A DNA stretch of 64,000 nucleotides from contig JBGSIU010000044.1 of assembly GCA_041742375.1 (NCBI GenBank), positions 2,161-66,160 on the forward strand. Direction: 5' to 3'. Positions 8,971 to 18,197 of this stretch are shown one piece after another (position 1 is the first letter of the stretch; every line of letters starts with the position of its first letter). Below the pieces are notes generated by a model, which worked only from the letters and a program-made list of their open reading frames with translations, ran no database searches and was not told the origin of the DNA. A program made the position numbers and the translations under genes. Origin of the DNA: Patescibacteria group bacterium. Lineage in GTDB: Bacteria > Patescibacteriota > Microgenomatia > JBGSIU01.

Positions 8971-10487
8971 AAAAATATACGATACTTCTCATCTTGATAC
9001 TCCTTCTTTCGTTCTTTCTTCGCGTTTTCCGGTTCGAAAATCGCGTTTTTATCATCGGTGACGGTGCGCGTGACATTCTTGTTGCGCGCGGCGCACTGCA
9101 GGCGAAAATAATTCCTCAGATTTCGTCTTTTTCTTCAACTGGTCCATTTGTTTTTGGACCTCATTATTATTGGCTTTTAATGGCGGTTTATTTTTTTAGT
9201 CCCGAAAGTTGGTCGATTTTTTATTATTTTCTGATTTTTCAATCCGTGTTTATGGTTTTTATTCTTGTTAAAACGGGGGAGTTGATTTGTAATAAAAAAT
9301 TCGGGCTTTTCTTGGGGCTTGTGGCGGCTGTCTCTCCGGTTTTTATCTCCCGTTCCACGGGAATAGTTCAACACGCAATCATGGCGTTCCTTGCAGCCAT
9401 TTCATTATATTATTTTGTGAAGTTTTCGAAGCGTAAAAGAACGATCGATGCTTTTTGGAGCGGATTCTGGACGGCGATTGCCATTATGATGCATTTTCAA
9501 GCAATGGGACTTCTCGTAATGTCTCTTGCTTTTTTTGTCTCATCGAGATCGATTAAGGAAAAAGTAAAAAATTCATTTTCGTATTTTTTGGGATTAATCT
9601 TGCCCTCCGCAAGTTTTATTTTTTGGGACGCGGCGCAAAACTTTGCCAACGCCCGGAATTTTCTTGATTACGTGTTAATCGGCCAAAACCGAATTTATGT
9701 GGCCAACCGCTGGACGTGGCACATCTTCAAATTTTGGCCTGAATATGCGGCGAGCCTTTTTGGCGGACAAAATCTCGTCGGAGGGATAATTCTGTATTTT
9801 GCGCTTGTGATTAGTGTTTTTCTCATCATCCGCGGTAAATTAAACAAAATCGTAAAATATCTTCTTGTATTTTTCTTGTTTTTTTACATTTATTTAAGAT
9901 TTTACAAAGGAGAAAAATCTGAAGGCTATTTGGCATTTATCCAGCCATTGACAATTATCGTCATGGCATACGGATTTTTCTGGTTGGCAAGATTTAAGAA
10001 ATTATTTTTCGTTGTTTCAACCATTATAATATTTTGCACGATTCGCGTGACACGGGATTATTATATCTCGCAAAATGTCAACGAGTTCCAGGAGCTTTCG
10101 GTCACCTTGTTGTCCCTCGAGAAAGAAACCGGCGCAAAAAAATTCGCCATCTATGATTTTGCAGATATCAAAAATCAAACTCAAACTTGGCAAGTTTCAG
10201 ATGCGTTAGCGGTTTTTTTGGGAAGCGTGAACAAGCTTGATTTTGAAAATGGTTATAAAATCGGCCTTTGTCAGGATTATTGTCCGGAAGAAAATTTGCA
10301 AGAAGTCAGGAGCGGTTTTTTTAAGGACGGCAAAAACCATCTCCTTTTAATCGGCGCGGCAAAAAAGAAATTTAATTTGGTCGCGCGTTCTCCAAAATCA
10401 GTCATGGACGAGGTGATTTTTTGGTGGAAAGATCGTCCCTTAGCTTCGCCATTTAATTTGAGGAAATATATCCTTGAAAAAATATGA
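8967..10487 (+). CDS. Polytopic membrane protein, putative GT-C-type glycosyltransferase (first of a tandem paralog pair)
   Basis: 506 aa. N-terminal TM, then 'FRFENRVFIIGDGARDILVARGALQAKIIPQ...STGPFVFGPHYYWLLMAVYFF'. About 45% identical in this region to the next gene. Confidence 0.55.
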   Translation: MKKYTILLILILLLSFFLRVFRFENRVFIIGDGARDILVARGALQAKIIPQISSFSSTGPFVFGPHYYWLLMAVYFFSPESWSIFYYFLIFQSVFMVFILVKTGELICNKKFGLFLGLVAAVSPVFISRSTGIVQHAIMAFLAAISLYYFVKFSKRKRTIDAFWSGFWTAIAIMMHFQAMGLLVMSLAFFVSSRSIKEKVKNSFSYFLGLILPSASFIFWDAAQNFANARNFLDYVLIGQNRIYVANRWTWHIFKFWPEYAASLFGGQNLVGGIILYFALVISVFLIIRGKLNKIVKYLLVFFLFFYIYLRFYKGEKSEGYLAFIQPLTIIVMAYGFFWLARFKKLFFVVSTIIIFCTIRVTRDYYISQNVNEFQELSVTLLSLEKETGAKKFAIYDFADIKNQTQTWQVSDALAVFLGSVNKLDFENGYKIGLCQDYCPEENLQEVRSGFFKDGKNHLLLIGAAKKKFNLVARSPKSVMDEVIFWWKDRPLASPFNLRKYILEKI

Positions 10488-12046
10488 AAAAAACCAAATT
10501 TTTTCTCATAATCTTCCTCATCTTGTACTTGTCATTATTTCTGAGAATTCATGATTTTGAAAACCATGTTTATGTCTGGGGAGACAGTGCGCGCGATATT
10601 CTGACGGCGCGTGAATCTTTAAGAGTGGGAACGATTCCTTTGACGACGGCTTTTTCCTCCGCCGGCCCTTTTGTTTTCGGTCCGCAATATTATTGGCTTC
10701 TGATGGTGGTATATTTTTTTAATTTTAACTCATGGAATATTTTTTATTACTTTCTCATTATGCAGTCTCTTTTTTTTGTGATCGTGATGATGTTCATCGG
10801 CAAAGAACTTGTGGGTCGGAAATTTGCTCTTGTTTTGGGTCTTGTCACCGCCTTCTCCGGCAGACAAATAATTCGTGCAACGTATTTTTCTCAGCATTCG
10901 TTTGTTGCTCTGCCAAGCGCGCTCGCCGTGTTGTCTTTAATTAAATTTTTCCGGAAAAAAAATAATTCACACGTTTTTTGGTGTGCTTTTTGGGTTTCAA
11001 ACTCCATTCTTCTTCATTATCAAGCGCTTGGGCTTCTTGTTTTAATTTTGCCATTCATATGTGATAAGTCGCCCGTAAAAGAAAAATTTAAACGAATGGC
11101 AACTTTTGTTCTTGGTTTAATTCTTCCGGCAACGCCTTTTTTGGTGTGGGATTATCAAATGCAATTCGCCAACATAAGGAACGTCTTGGATTATGTGCTG
11201 ATCGGTCAATACCGAATTTATATTCCCAACCGGTGGACATGGCATCTTTTTAATTTTTGGCCGGAATATACCGCCGATATTTTTACCGGTAATAATATTT
11301 TCGCGGGAATTTTGCTTTATTTCGCACTTGGGGTTTTACTCATGAAATGCGGCCTCAAAAAAGTTAACCGGAAAATTATTTGGATATTTTTAATTTTTAT
11401 CTTCTATTTTTTTTATTTGAGGTTTTACCGGGGAGAGAAGTTTGAAGGTTATTTAATGTATCTCCATCCGTTTATTTTGTTCATTTTGGCCTGTGGGCTT
11501 TATTTTTTTTCAAAAGCTAAAATTCTATTCCTCGCGCTCTTTTTATTTGCCGCTTTTTCTTCCGCAAACATGCTTAAAGAATATTATGCAAATCCCAAGC
11601 CAAATCAGGAAAGTATGTTTCAGGAAATAGCTGAAAATCTGGTTAAACAATCCGGTTCAAAAAAACGTAAGTTTTCCGTGTTTGATTTTGCCATCTATGA
11701 TAGTCAAACAGAAACTTGGAGTTATTCAGAAGCTTTTTCGCTTTATCTCGACACGAAAAACATGCTTGATGAAAAAAACGGATTTAAGATTGGATTTTGC
11801 TTCAGTTTTTGTCCGAAAAATGCGGTGTTTTTGAAGGATAAAACACTTCAGGAATCGGGGCACAAGATTGTTTTGATAGATTTGGTTAAGAAAAAAAATC
11901 GCGACAAATTCCGATTAGTAAATAGGTCGCCGCACGCGGTTTATGAGGAAATGATTTTTTGGTGGGCAAATCGCCCTTTAGAATCATCTTTCAGTTTGGA
12001 TAAATTTATTTATGAACGGACAATTGGAAAATTTATAAAATCATGA
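10484..12046 (+). CDS. Polytopic membrane protein, putative GT-C-type glycosyltransferase (second of the tandem paralog pair)
   Basis: 520 aa. 'HDFENHVYVWGDSARDILTARESLRVGTIPL...SAGPFVFGPQYYWLLMVVYFF' and a C-terminal 'EEMIFWWANRPL' conserved with its neighbour. Confidence 0.55.
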   Translation: MKKTKFFLIIFLILYLSLFLRIHDFENHVYVWGDSARDILTARESLRVGTIPLTTAFSSAGPFVFGPQYYWLLMVVYFFNFNSWNIFYYFLIMQSLFFVIVMMFIGKELVGRKFALVLGLVTAFSGRQIIRATYFSQHSFVALPSALAVLSLIKFFRKKNNSHVFWCAFWVSNSILLHYQALGLLVLILPFICDKSPVKEKFKRMATFVLGLILPATPFLVWDYQMQFANIRNVLDYVLIGQYRIYIPNRWTWHLFNFWPEYTADIFTGNNIFAGILLYFALGVLLMKCGLKKVNRKIIWIFLIFIFYFFYLRFYRGEKFEGYLMYLHPFILFILACGLYFFSKAKILFLALFLFAAFSSANMLKEYYANPKPNQESMFQEIAENLVKQSGSKKRKFSVFDFAIYDSQTETWSYSEAFSLYLDTKNMLDEKNGFKIGFCFSFCPKNAVFLKDKTLQESGHKIVLIDLVKKKNRDKFRLVNRSPHAVYEEMIFWWANRPLESSFSLDKFIYERTIGKFIKS

Positions 12047-13437
12047 AAATTAAATTTAATTGGGAATATTTTATTGTTATATTTTTCATTATTATTTATG
12101 CGGTGGCGGCACTCGCAGTCTCACTTAACAGATATTGGCAATTTAACGCATTTTGGTATGATTTTGGGATCTTTGATTCAACTATTTGGCAACTTAGTCG
12201 TTTTCATTTTCCTCTTATCATTCAAAAAGCACCACCGACAGGGATAATTGTTTGGGGTGACCATTTCAATCCGAGCGCCATTTTTCTTTCGCCTCTTTAT
12301 TGGCTAACAAGCAAACAGGAAATTTTAATTGCAACACAAGCTATTTTCGTATGCTTAGGAGCAGCAGTGGCATATCTAACAGTAAAGAAAACTGTAAAGA
12401 GTTCAGTTGTTAAAATTGCATTGATTGTAAGTTATCTTGGATTTGTTGGTATGCAAAATGCGCTTTTCACAGATGTTCATAACATAGTTTTTGCAGTTCT
12501 ACCTCTAACTCTTACAATTTGGGCAATTTTTAACAAAAAATGGAATTTGTATTTTATTTTTTTACTTTTAACAATTGGTTTTCAAGAAAATCTGGCATTG
12601 ACTGGGGCAATGCTTGGAGTTTTTCTTGTCCTTTCAAGGAAGAATGTGAAAATAGGCATAATTAGTATACTTGTATGCATCTCTTATTTTTTTATTGTGA
12701 TTAAGTTTATAACTCCGTATTTTAATCACTCACCCTATGCCTATCAACCTGAACCTTTTAACAATCCTTTTGAACTTATCGCAAGATTTTTCATTCCAAG
12801 TATTAAATTGAAAACAATTGTTCTTTCATTTTTGACGTTTGGCCTGCTTCCTGCGGTTTCAATCCCGACATTGCCGCTTATAGTTGAACAATATTTTGAA
12901 AGATTTGTTTTGAATTCTGCGGCAACTCGCTGGGATTTGGGTTTCCACTATAATTCGATCCTGTCACCAATTTTTTTCTTGGGTTCGCTATCGGTGGTTA
13001 TTAAGTTTCAGAATAAACCTATTTTTTCAAAACTAATGAAATTGTGGGGGGTCACAACGATTCTAATTGTAATTTTTCTCCACAGATTCTATCTCCATGG
13101 TCCATTAATGCAGTCAACAATGCCTGCTTTTTACCAAGCGACGAAAGATACAGAATTTCTGTATAAATTCACTGATAAAATTCCAAGAGGGAAATTTCTC
13201 ATGATTCAAAATAATCTTGCCAGTCACTTTACGCATGAGAAGATGATGCTTCTTGATTCAAGGTATAATCAAATTAAGCCTGATATTATTGTGTTTGACA
13301 CGCGCTCAGGACAAAACGCGAACAATTTCTATCCGTTAGAATTTTCCCAGGTCAAAAAAATGATTTCTGCATTGGAAAAAGATAAAAACTATAAAAAAAT
13401 ATTAGTAACCAACGATCAATTCTATTTTGAAAAATAA
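12043..13437 (+). CDS. DUF2079-like polytopic membrane protein (glycosylation-associated)
   Basis: 464 aa. The 'WGDHFNPSAIFLSPLYW' motif resembles DUF2079 'GDHF' proteins. Paralog of 19275..20678. Confidence 0.55.
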   Translation: MKIKFNWEYFIVIFFIIIYAVAALAVSLNRYWQFNAFWYDFGIFDSTIWQLSRFHFPLIIQKAPPTGIIVWGDHFNPSAIFLSPLYWLTSKQEILIATQAIFVCLGAAVAYLTVKKTVKSSVVKIALIVSYLGFVGMQNALFTDVHNIVFAVLPLTLTIWAIFNKKWNLYFIFLLLTIGFQENLALTGAMLGVFLVLSRKNVKIGIISILVCISYFFIVIKFITPYFNHSPYAYQPEPFNNPFELIARFFIPSIKLKTIVLSFLTFGLLPAVSIPTLPLIVEQYFERFVLNSAATRWDLGFHYNSILSPIFFLGSLSVVIKFQNKPIFSKLMKLWGVTTILIVIFLHRFYLHGPLMQSTMPAFYQATKDTEFLYKFTDKIPRGKFLMIQNNLASHFTHEKMMLLDSRYNQIKPDIIVFDTRSGQNANNFYPLEFSQVKKMISALEKDKNYKKILVTNDQFYFEK

Positions 13438-13446
13438 AAAAAACTA

Positions 13447-13481
13447 ATTAGTAATTTGTCATTAGTAATTAGTAATTAATT
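13447..13481 (+). repeat. Direct repeats of ATTAGTAATT (x3, two overlapping) in the junction preceding the GT2 gene that lacks a canonical start
   Basis: 'aATTAGTAATTtgtcATTAGTAATTAGTAATTaattacg'. Confidence 0.8.
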
Positions 13482-14231
13482 ACGAATTTATCTGTTGCAA
13501 TTGCTACATTCAACGAAGAACAAAAAATAGAGAGAACTTTGAAGTCGGTAGAGGGTTGGGCGGATGAAATTGTGGTTGTCGACGGTAACTCCACCGACAA
13601 AACCGTTGAAATCGCAAAAAAGTTCACGGATAAAATTTTCTCTCATAAAAATGAATTAATGTTTCACAAAAACAAAAATTTGGCGATTGAGAAATGCACA
13701 AGTGATTGGATTTTTTTTCTTGATGCGGATGAAGTGGTGACCGATGAATTAAAAAAGGAAATTACCGATATCATAAATAATGCCGCCAATAGTTTTGACG
13801 GTTATGACATGCCACGCTCCAATTATTTTCTTGGAAGATTTTTAAAAAAAGGCGGCCAATATCCGGACACGCGCGTACGTCTTTTTAAAAAGGGTAAAGG
13901 CGTATGGCCGTGCAAATCCGTACACGAACAGATCAACATGAATGGGGAGGTGGGACATCTCAAAAACAACCTTCTCCATTATTCCTACGAATCCCTTGGA
14001 GAATATTGGAAAAAAGCAAACATATACACATTGCTGACCGCAGAAAATATCAAAAAAGAAAGAAGTGGCGTATTCGTAAAATTCCTCAAATATGTTTTTT
14101 ATCTGCCGATCTACACATTTTTCAACATTTTCGTTCGTCACAAGGGCTATGTCGATTCTTGGCAAGGCCTGTTATTCGCCAAATTCTCCGCCCTCCATTT
14201 TCCAATTGCTTATATAAAATCCCTACGGTAA
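13476..14231 (+). CDS. GT2 glycosyltransferase; start codon unresolved
   Basis: The conserved GT2 N-terminus 'LSVAIATFNEEQKIERTL...EIVVVDGNSTDKT' is encoded from 13476, right after an in-frame TAA. There is no ATG/GTG/TTG before the ORF-track TTG at 13539. DxD 'FFLDADEV'. Confidence 0.7.
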   Translation, partial: LITNLSVAIATFNEEQKIERTLKSVEGWADEIVVVDGNSTDKTVEIAKKFTDKIFSHKNELMFHKNKNLAIEKCTSDWIFFLDADEVVTDELKKEITDIINNAANSFDGYDMPRSNYFLGRFLKKGGQYPDTRVRLFKKGKGVWPCKSVHEQINMNGEVGHLKNNLLHYSYESLGEYWKKANIYTLLTAENIKKERSGVFVKFLKYVFYLPIYTFFNIFVRHKGYVDSWQGLLFAKFSALHFPIAYIKSLR

Positions 14232-14254
14232 TTTTTTTGCTAAAATGAAATTGT

Positions 14255-15430
14255 ATGAAATTCAAAACAATTTTTTCTTTCTGGTTTTTGTGGCGAGCGG
14301 GGTCATTTTTAATTTCCGTACTCGCCATAATAATTCTTCCGAATTTTGGAAATAAATTTCCCTACGTGAACGAAATGCTAAAAAATTCCGGTCTGCCTGC
14401 TTGGTTTTGGCAATCTGGCAATTTTGATGGTGTGCATTATGTCGGAATTGCCAAAGATGGTTACATCAGACAGTTCACTCAAGCCTTTTTTCCGGTTTAT
14501 CCAATGATGATAAAAATTATTTCTCCGATATTTTTTAATAACTTTGTTTTTGCCGGAGTTTTTTTGTCGTCAGTTTTTACGCTTTTGGCGGCATGGATGT
14601 TGCGTAATCTATTGATAATTAATGATCTGAACCATTCATTACAACGAAAAAATATTAAATGGGCGTTGCTGTTCTTTTTGTTCTTTCCCATGTCCTTTTT
14701 TTACGGCTCAATATACAATGAATCGTTTTTTTTGTTTTTGGTTTTCTCAGTCTTTTATTTTGCAAAAAAAAGAAACTGGCTAACAGTTGGTATATTGGGA
14801 GCACTGGCGAGTGGAACAAGACTCGTTGGAATATTTTTATTGCCTACAATACTCTATGCATTTATTGTAGGAACGCCCCTACAGACAACAAGATACAAGA
14901 TACAAAATATCGCGTATATTTTCTTAATTCCCCTCGGTTTTCTCATCTACATACTTTTTCTTCAAATTAATTTCGGTGATGCTCTATATTTTTTACATGC
15001 ACAAAGCGCCTTTGGTGCTTCAAGATCAACAGGGATAGTCTTGCCAATAGTCACATTTTGGCGCTACGTTAAAATTTTAACAACTGTTCCAGTTTTTCAA
15101 TATAACTTTTGGGTTGCAGTATGGGAGGCTGGATTTTTTGCCACAGGTGGAGTAATTCTTGCCATACTCAGCTGGATGAAGATAAAAAACAAAGACGGTA
15201 TAAAAGGGGTAGGATCTTCATATCTAATTTTCTCTTGGTTTTGTTTGCTACTCCCAACATTGACCGGAACTCTTTCGTCTTTTCCAAGATATTTGCTTAT
15301 ATGTTTTCCGATCTATATTTTTCTCGGATCTTTACCAAACAAATTTGTTAAACTATCGATATTATTTCTTTTTTTAATTCTCAATTTCATATTTTCGACT
15401 TTATTCCTAAGAGGATATTGGGTTTCGTAA
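14255..15430 (+). CDS. GT-C membrane glycosyltransferase, PIG-V/GT76-like (mannosyltransferase-like)
   Basis: 391 aa, polytopic. 'NFDGVHYVGIAKDGY' resembles the FxDxxHYxxIAxxGY signature of PIG-V-type mannosyltransferases. Confidence 0.55.
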   Translation: MKFKTIFSFWFLWRAGSFLISVLAIIILPNFGNKFPYVNEMLKNSGLPAWFWQSGNFDGVHYVGIAKDGYIRQFTQAFFPVYPMMIKIISPIFFNNFVFAGVFLSSVFTLLAAWMLRNLLIINDLNHSLQRKNIKWALLFFLFFPMSFFYGSIYNESFFLFLVFSVFYFAKKRNWLTVGILGALASGTRLVGIFLLPTILYAFIVGTPLQTTRYKIQNIAYIFLIPLGFLIYILFLQINFGDALYFLHAQSAFGASRSTGIVLPIVTFWRYVKILTTVPVFQYNFWVAVWEAGFFATGGVILAILSWMKIKNKDGIKGVGSSYLIFSWFCLLLPTLTGTLSSFPRYLLICFPIYIFLGSLPNKFVKLSILFLFLILNFIFSTLFLRGYWVS

Positions 15431-15448
15431 AAAAATACTTAAAAATCT

Positions 15449-16054
15449 ATGTCAATAAATGTAACTAGAGGATACGGCTTACTTGAAAAATTTCTCGCCG
15501 AGCGGCGTGTCGCGCAAGCAAATTCTCTCATCGATTTAAAACACAGAAAAGGCAGAGTTTTGGACATTGGTTCCGGAAGTCACCCTTTTTTTCTTTTAAA
15601 CACAATTTTTTTTGAAAAATTCGGTGTCGATCAGCTTATTTCGGAAAACGACAAGAAAAAATATCTCAACGATAAAATTAAGCTTTTCCGATTTGACATT
15701 GACATCAACACAAAACTGGAATTTGCCGATAACTATTTTGATTGCATCATCATGCTGGCGGTGGCGGAGCATTTGAGGGAAAAAGAATTATTGTCTCTTT
15801 TGCACGAGGTTCACCGTGTCTTAAAAAAAGATGGTTGTTTTATCTATACCACTCCGGCGGCTTGGAGTGATATCATTCTAAAAATCGGGTCATACATTGG
15901 TTTTGTGAGCAGAAATGAAATTGAAGAACATAAAGAATATTATGATCATGAAAAAATGAAAAAATTACTGGTTTCTTCGGGTTTCGATAAAAACAAAATG
16001 AAATTTGGATATTTTGAATTTAAACTTAACACCTGGGGGATGGTGACAACATGA
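15449..16054 (+). CDS. Class I SAM-dependent methyltransferase
   Basis: Motif I 'VLDIGSGSHPFF' and post-I 'IIMLAVAEHL'. Confidence 0.75.
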   Translation: MSINVTRGYGLLEKFLAERRVAQANSLIDLKHRKGRVLDIGSGSHPFFLLNTIFFEKFGVDQLISENDKKKYLNDKIKLFRFDIDINTKLEFADNYFDCIIMLAVAEHLREKELLSLLHEVHRVLKKDGCFIYTTPAAWSDIILKIGSYIGFVSRNEIEEHKEYYDHEKMKKLLVSSGFDKNKMKFGYFEFKLNTWGMVTT

Positions 16055-16722
16055 AAAATCAAATTTTAATCGCGCTACCGGCATATAACGAAGGAAAAGT
16101 AATCGTCGCGGTGATTTCAGATGTGAAAAAACAGGGATATAAAAACATCTTAATTATCGATGACGGATCAAGTGATGAAACGAAATTCAAAGCAGAAAAA
16201 TCAGGAGCCATAGTGGTCTCACATTTTAAAAATTGCGGATTGGGAGTTTCTTTGAGAACGGCAATTAAATATGCTAAAAAAAATCAATTTGACGTTTTAG
16301 TGACGATGGATTCCGACGGACAACACCAGGCGGAAGATATAAAAAAATTAATTTCGAAAATTGAAGCCGGATTCGACGTCGTAATTGGCATACGCGATTT
16401 CAGGCGGGGAAAAGTCAATTTTGTCCGAAGGGTGATTCTTGTTCTCTCAGACATATATACTTTCATCCTGTTTGGAATTTTCACTCATGATTCCCAGTCC
16501 GGTTTTCGGGCATTTTCAAAAAATGCAATCCGGAAAATAAATTTAAAAAGTGAAAGGATGGAGGTTTCTTCGGAAATATTTGCGGAAATTAAGCAATTTA
16601 AGTTAAAATATGCCGAAGTGCCGATTAAAGCAATCTATACGAAATATTCGCTCAGCAAGGGCCAAAAAAACTCCAATGTGTTTAGCGTCAGCTGGAAATT
16701 GTTGATTAATATGTTCAGATAG
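16051..16722 (+). CDS. GT2 glycosyltransferase (Dpm1/GtrB-like)
   Basis: 'ILIALPAYNEGKVIVAVISDV...ILIIDDGSSDET' and 'VTMDSDGQH'. Confidence 0.8.
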   Translation: MKNQILIALPAYNEGKVIVAVISDVKKQGYKNILIIDDGSSDETKFKAEKSGAIVVSHFKNCGLGVSLRTAIKYAKKNQFDVLVTMDSDGQHQAEDIKKLISKIEAGFDVVIGIRDFRRGKVNFVRRVILVLSDIYTFILFGIFTHDSQSGFRAFSKNAIRKINLKSERMEVSSEIFAEIKQFKLKYAEVPIKAIYTKYSLSKGQKNSNVFSVSWKLLINMFR

Positions 16723-16749
16723 CGGTAAACTATTAAATATGTATACGAT

Positions 16750-17085
16750 ATGATTCTTCAAGCAATATTAATTCTATTTTTGATTTTTGCCGTGAGCCGG
16801 GTATATCTGCAGTGGAAAAACGGGAATTTAAAAATCGTCAGTTTTATTTTCTGGGTGACAATTTTTTGTGGTGCGATTTTTGGCATTATCCAGCCTGAAA
16901 TGACAAGTAAAATCGCAAGGCTCGTCGGAATTGGCCGGGGAGCCGATGTCGTGTTATATTTTTCGGTGGCAATTTTATTTTATCTTTTATTCAGACTGTA
17001 CATTTATGTTGAAAATCTGCGGCATGAAATTTCCGACATTATTTCTCAGCTTGCTTTAAAAGAAGATAAAAAAAACCAGAAATGA
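16750..17085 (+). CDS. Small 3-TM membrane protein (DUF2304/GtrA-like candidate lipid-linked sugar flippase)
   Basis: 111 aa with three hydrophobic segments and a charged C-terminal tail. It sits immediately downstream of a GT2, as small flippase-like partners often do. Confidence 0.4.
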   Translation: MILQAILILFLIFAVSRVYLQWKNGNLKIVSFIFWVTIFCGAIFGIIQPEMTSKIARLVGIGRGADVVLYFSVAILFYLLFRLYIYVENLRHEISDIISQLALKEDKKNQK

Positions 17086-18197
17086 AAATTTTAATTCTTT
17101 CTGAATTTTTCCCCCAAAGTGAAGATCCTGAATTCACAGGTGGAGTTGAAGCCCGAAACTTCTTCCTTTGTAAATATTTGAGCAAAAATAATGAGTTAAC
17201 TTTATTATGTTCTCGTATCTTGAATACAAAATACAAAATACAAAATGCAAAATGCAAAGTTTCCCCCATTGGTTTTTCCCGTTCCTATCTTCAATCAGGA
17301 GACTTATTTAAGCGTTTAATTTTTATTTTAGCTTGTATTTTTCAGGGTTTAAAAACAGATTTTGATATTGTCGATGGAAGTAATTTTGTCACCCATTTGG
17401 CGGCGATTATTTTGGGGTTTTTAAAAAGAAGACAGGTTTTTCTTTGGTATGCTGATGTTTGGGTGGGAAGATGGATAAAAAACATCGGGTGGACCGGAAT
17501 TATCGGAGAAATTTTGGAAAGATTGGTTTTAACTCTTGGGAAAAACGCAAAATTCATCGCGATTTCAAAATATACAAAAAATAATTTAATAAAAAACGGA
17601 ATTCCGGGCAGGAATATCACCGTTATCCCTTTGGGAGTAGACGAAGAAGAATTAGGCGCGTGCGCGCACAGCAAAAAAAAATATGATCTTATTGCGGTTA
17701 ACCGACTCGTGAAATATAAAAAAACAGAAGAAATAATCGAAGCAATAAATTTCATACGCAAAAACAAACTCCCTAAAGTTATACTCCTTGGTGATGGTCC
17801 AGAAAAAGAAAACCTTCAAAATTCAATTAATAAATATAAACTTCAAAAAAACGTCGAAATCATCAGCGGACAAAATCATAAAGATGTCATGAAATTAATC
17901 TCCCAGTCGAGAATTTTCGTTTCGGCGTCTTCTGTTGAAGGTTTCGGTATTGCACCGGTTGAAGCGGCCGGTTTTGGCTTGCCTTGCCTTCTCAAGAACA
18001 TTGTGCCCTACAAAGAACATGAAAAAAATCTTGGCGGATGCCTAATGTTTGATAATTCAAAAGAACTGAGTGTGAAAACATTGCTTTTGTTAAAAGATAC
18101 CGAAAAATATAAAAAATTGTCGGAAGCTAACAAAAATAACGCGCGAAAATTTTTCTGGAAGAAAATTGCGCAGGAAACGGAGGTTTATTACTCTTGA
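17082..18197 (+). CDS. GT4 (GT-B fold) glycosyltransferase
   Basis: C-terminal 'SSVEGFGIAPVEAAGFGLPCL' EX7E-type motif. Contains an internal 7-bp tandem repeat at 17223-17257. Confidence 0.8.
   Translation: MKILILSEFFPQSEDPEFTGGVEARNFFLCKYLSKNNELTLLCSRILNTKYKIQNAKCKVSPIGFSRSYLQSGDLFKRLIFILACIFQGLKTDFDIVDGSNFVTHLAAIILGFLKRRQVFLWYADVWVGRWIKNIGWTGIIGEILERLVLTLGKNAKFIAISKYTKNNLIKNGIPGRNITVIPLGVDEEELGACAHSKKKYDLIAVNRLVKYKKTEEIIEAINFIRKNKLPKVILLGDGPEKENLQNSINKYKLQKNVEIISGQNHKDVMKLISQSRIFVSASSVEGFGIAPVEAAGFGLPCLLKNIVPYKEHEKNLGGCLMFDNSKELSVKTLLLLKDTEKYKKLSEANKNNARKFFWKKIAQETEVYYS
17223..17257 (+). repeat. Heptanucleotide tandem repeat (AATACAA)x3(AATGCAA)x2 inside the GT4 coding sequence
   Basis: Read directly from the sequence. 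The unit length is not a multiple of 3. Confidence 0.9.

Noticed and set aside
13842-14248. Two overlapping ~110-aa ORFs (one per strand) inside the GT2 gene 13476..14231
   Set aside because: Out-of-frame or antisense to a GT2 with a conserved DxD region. No independent support.
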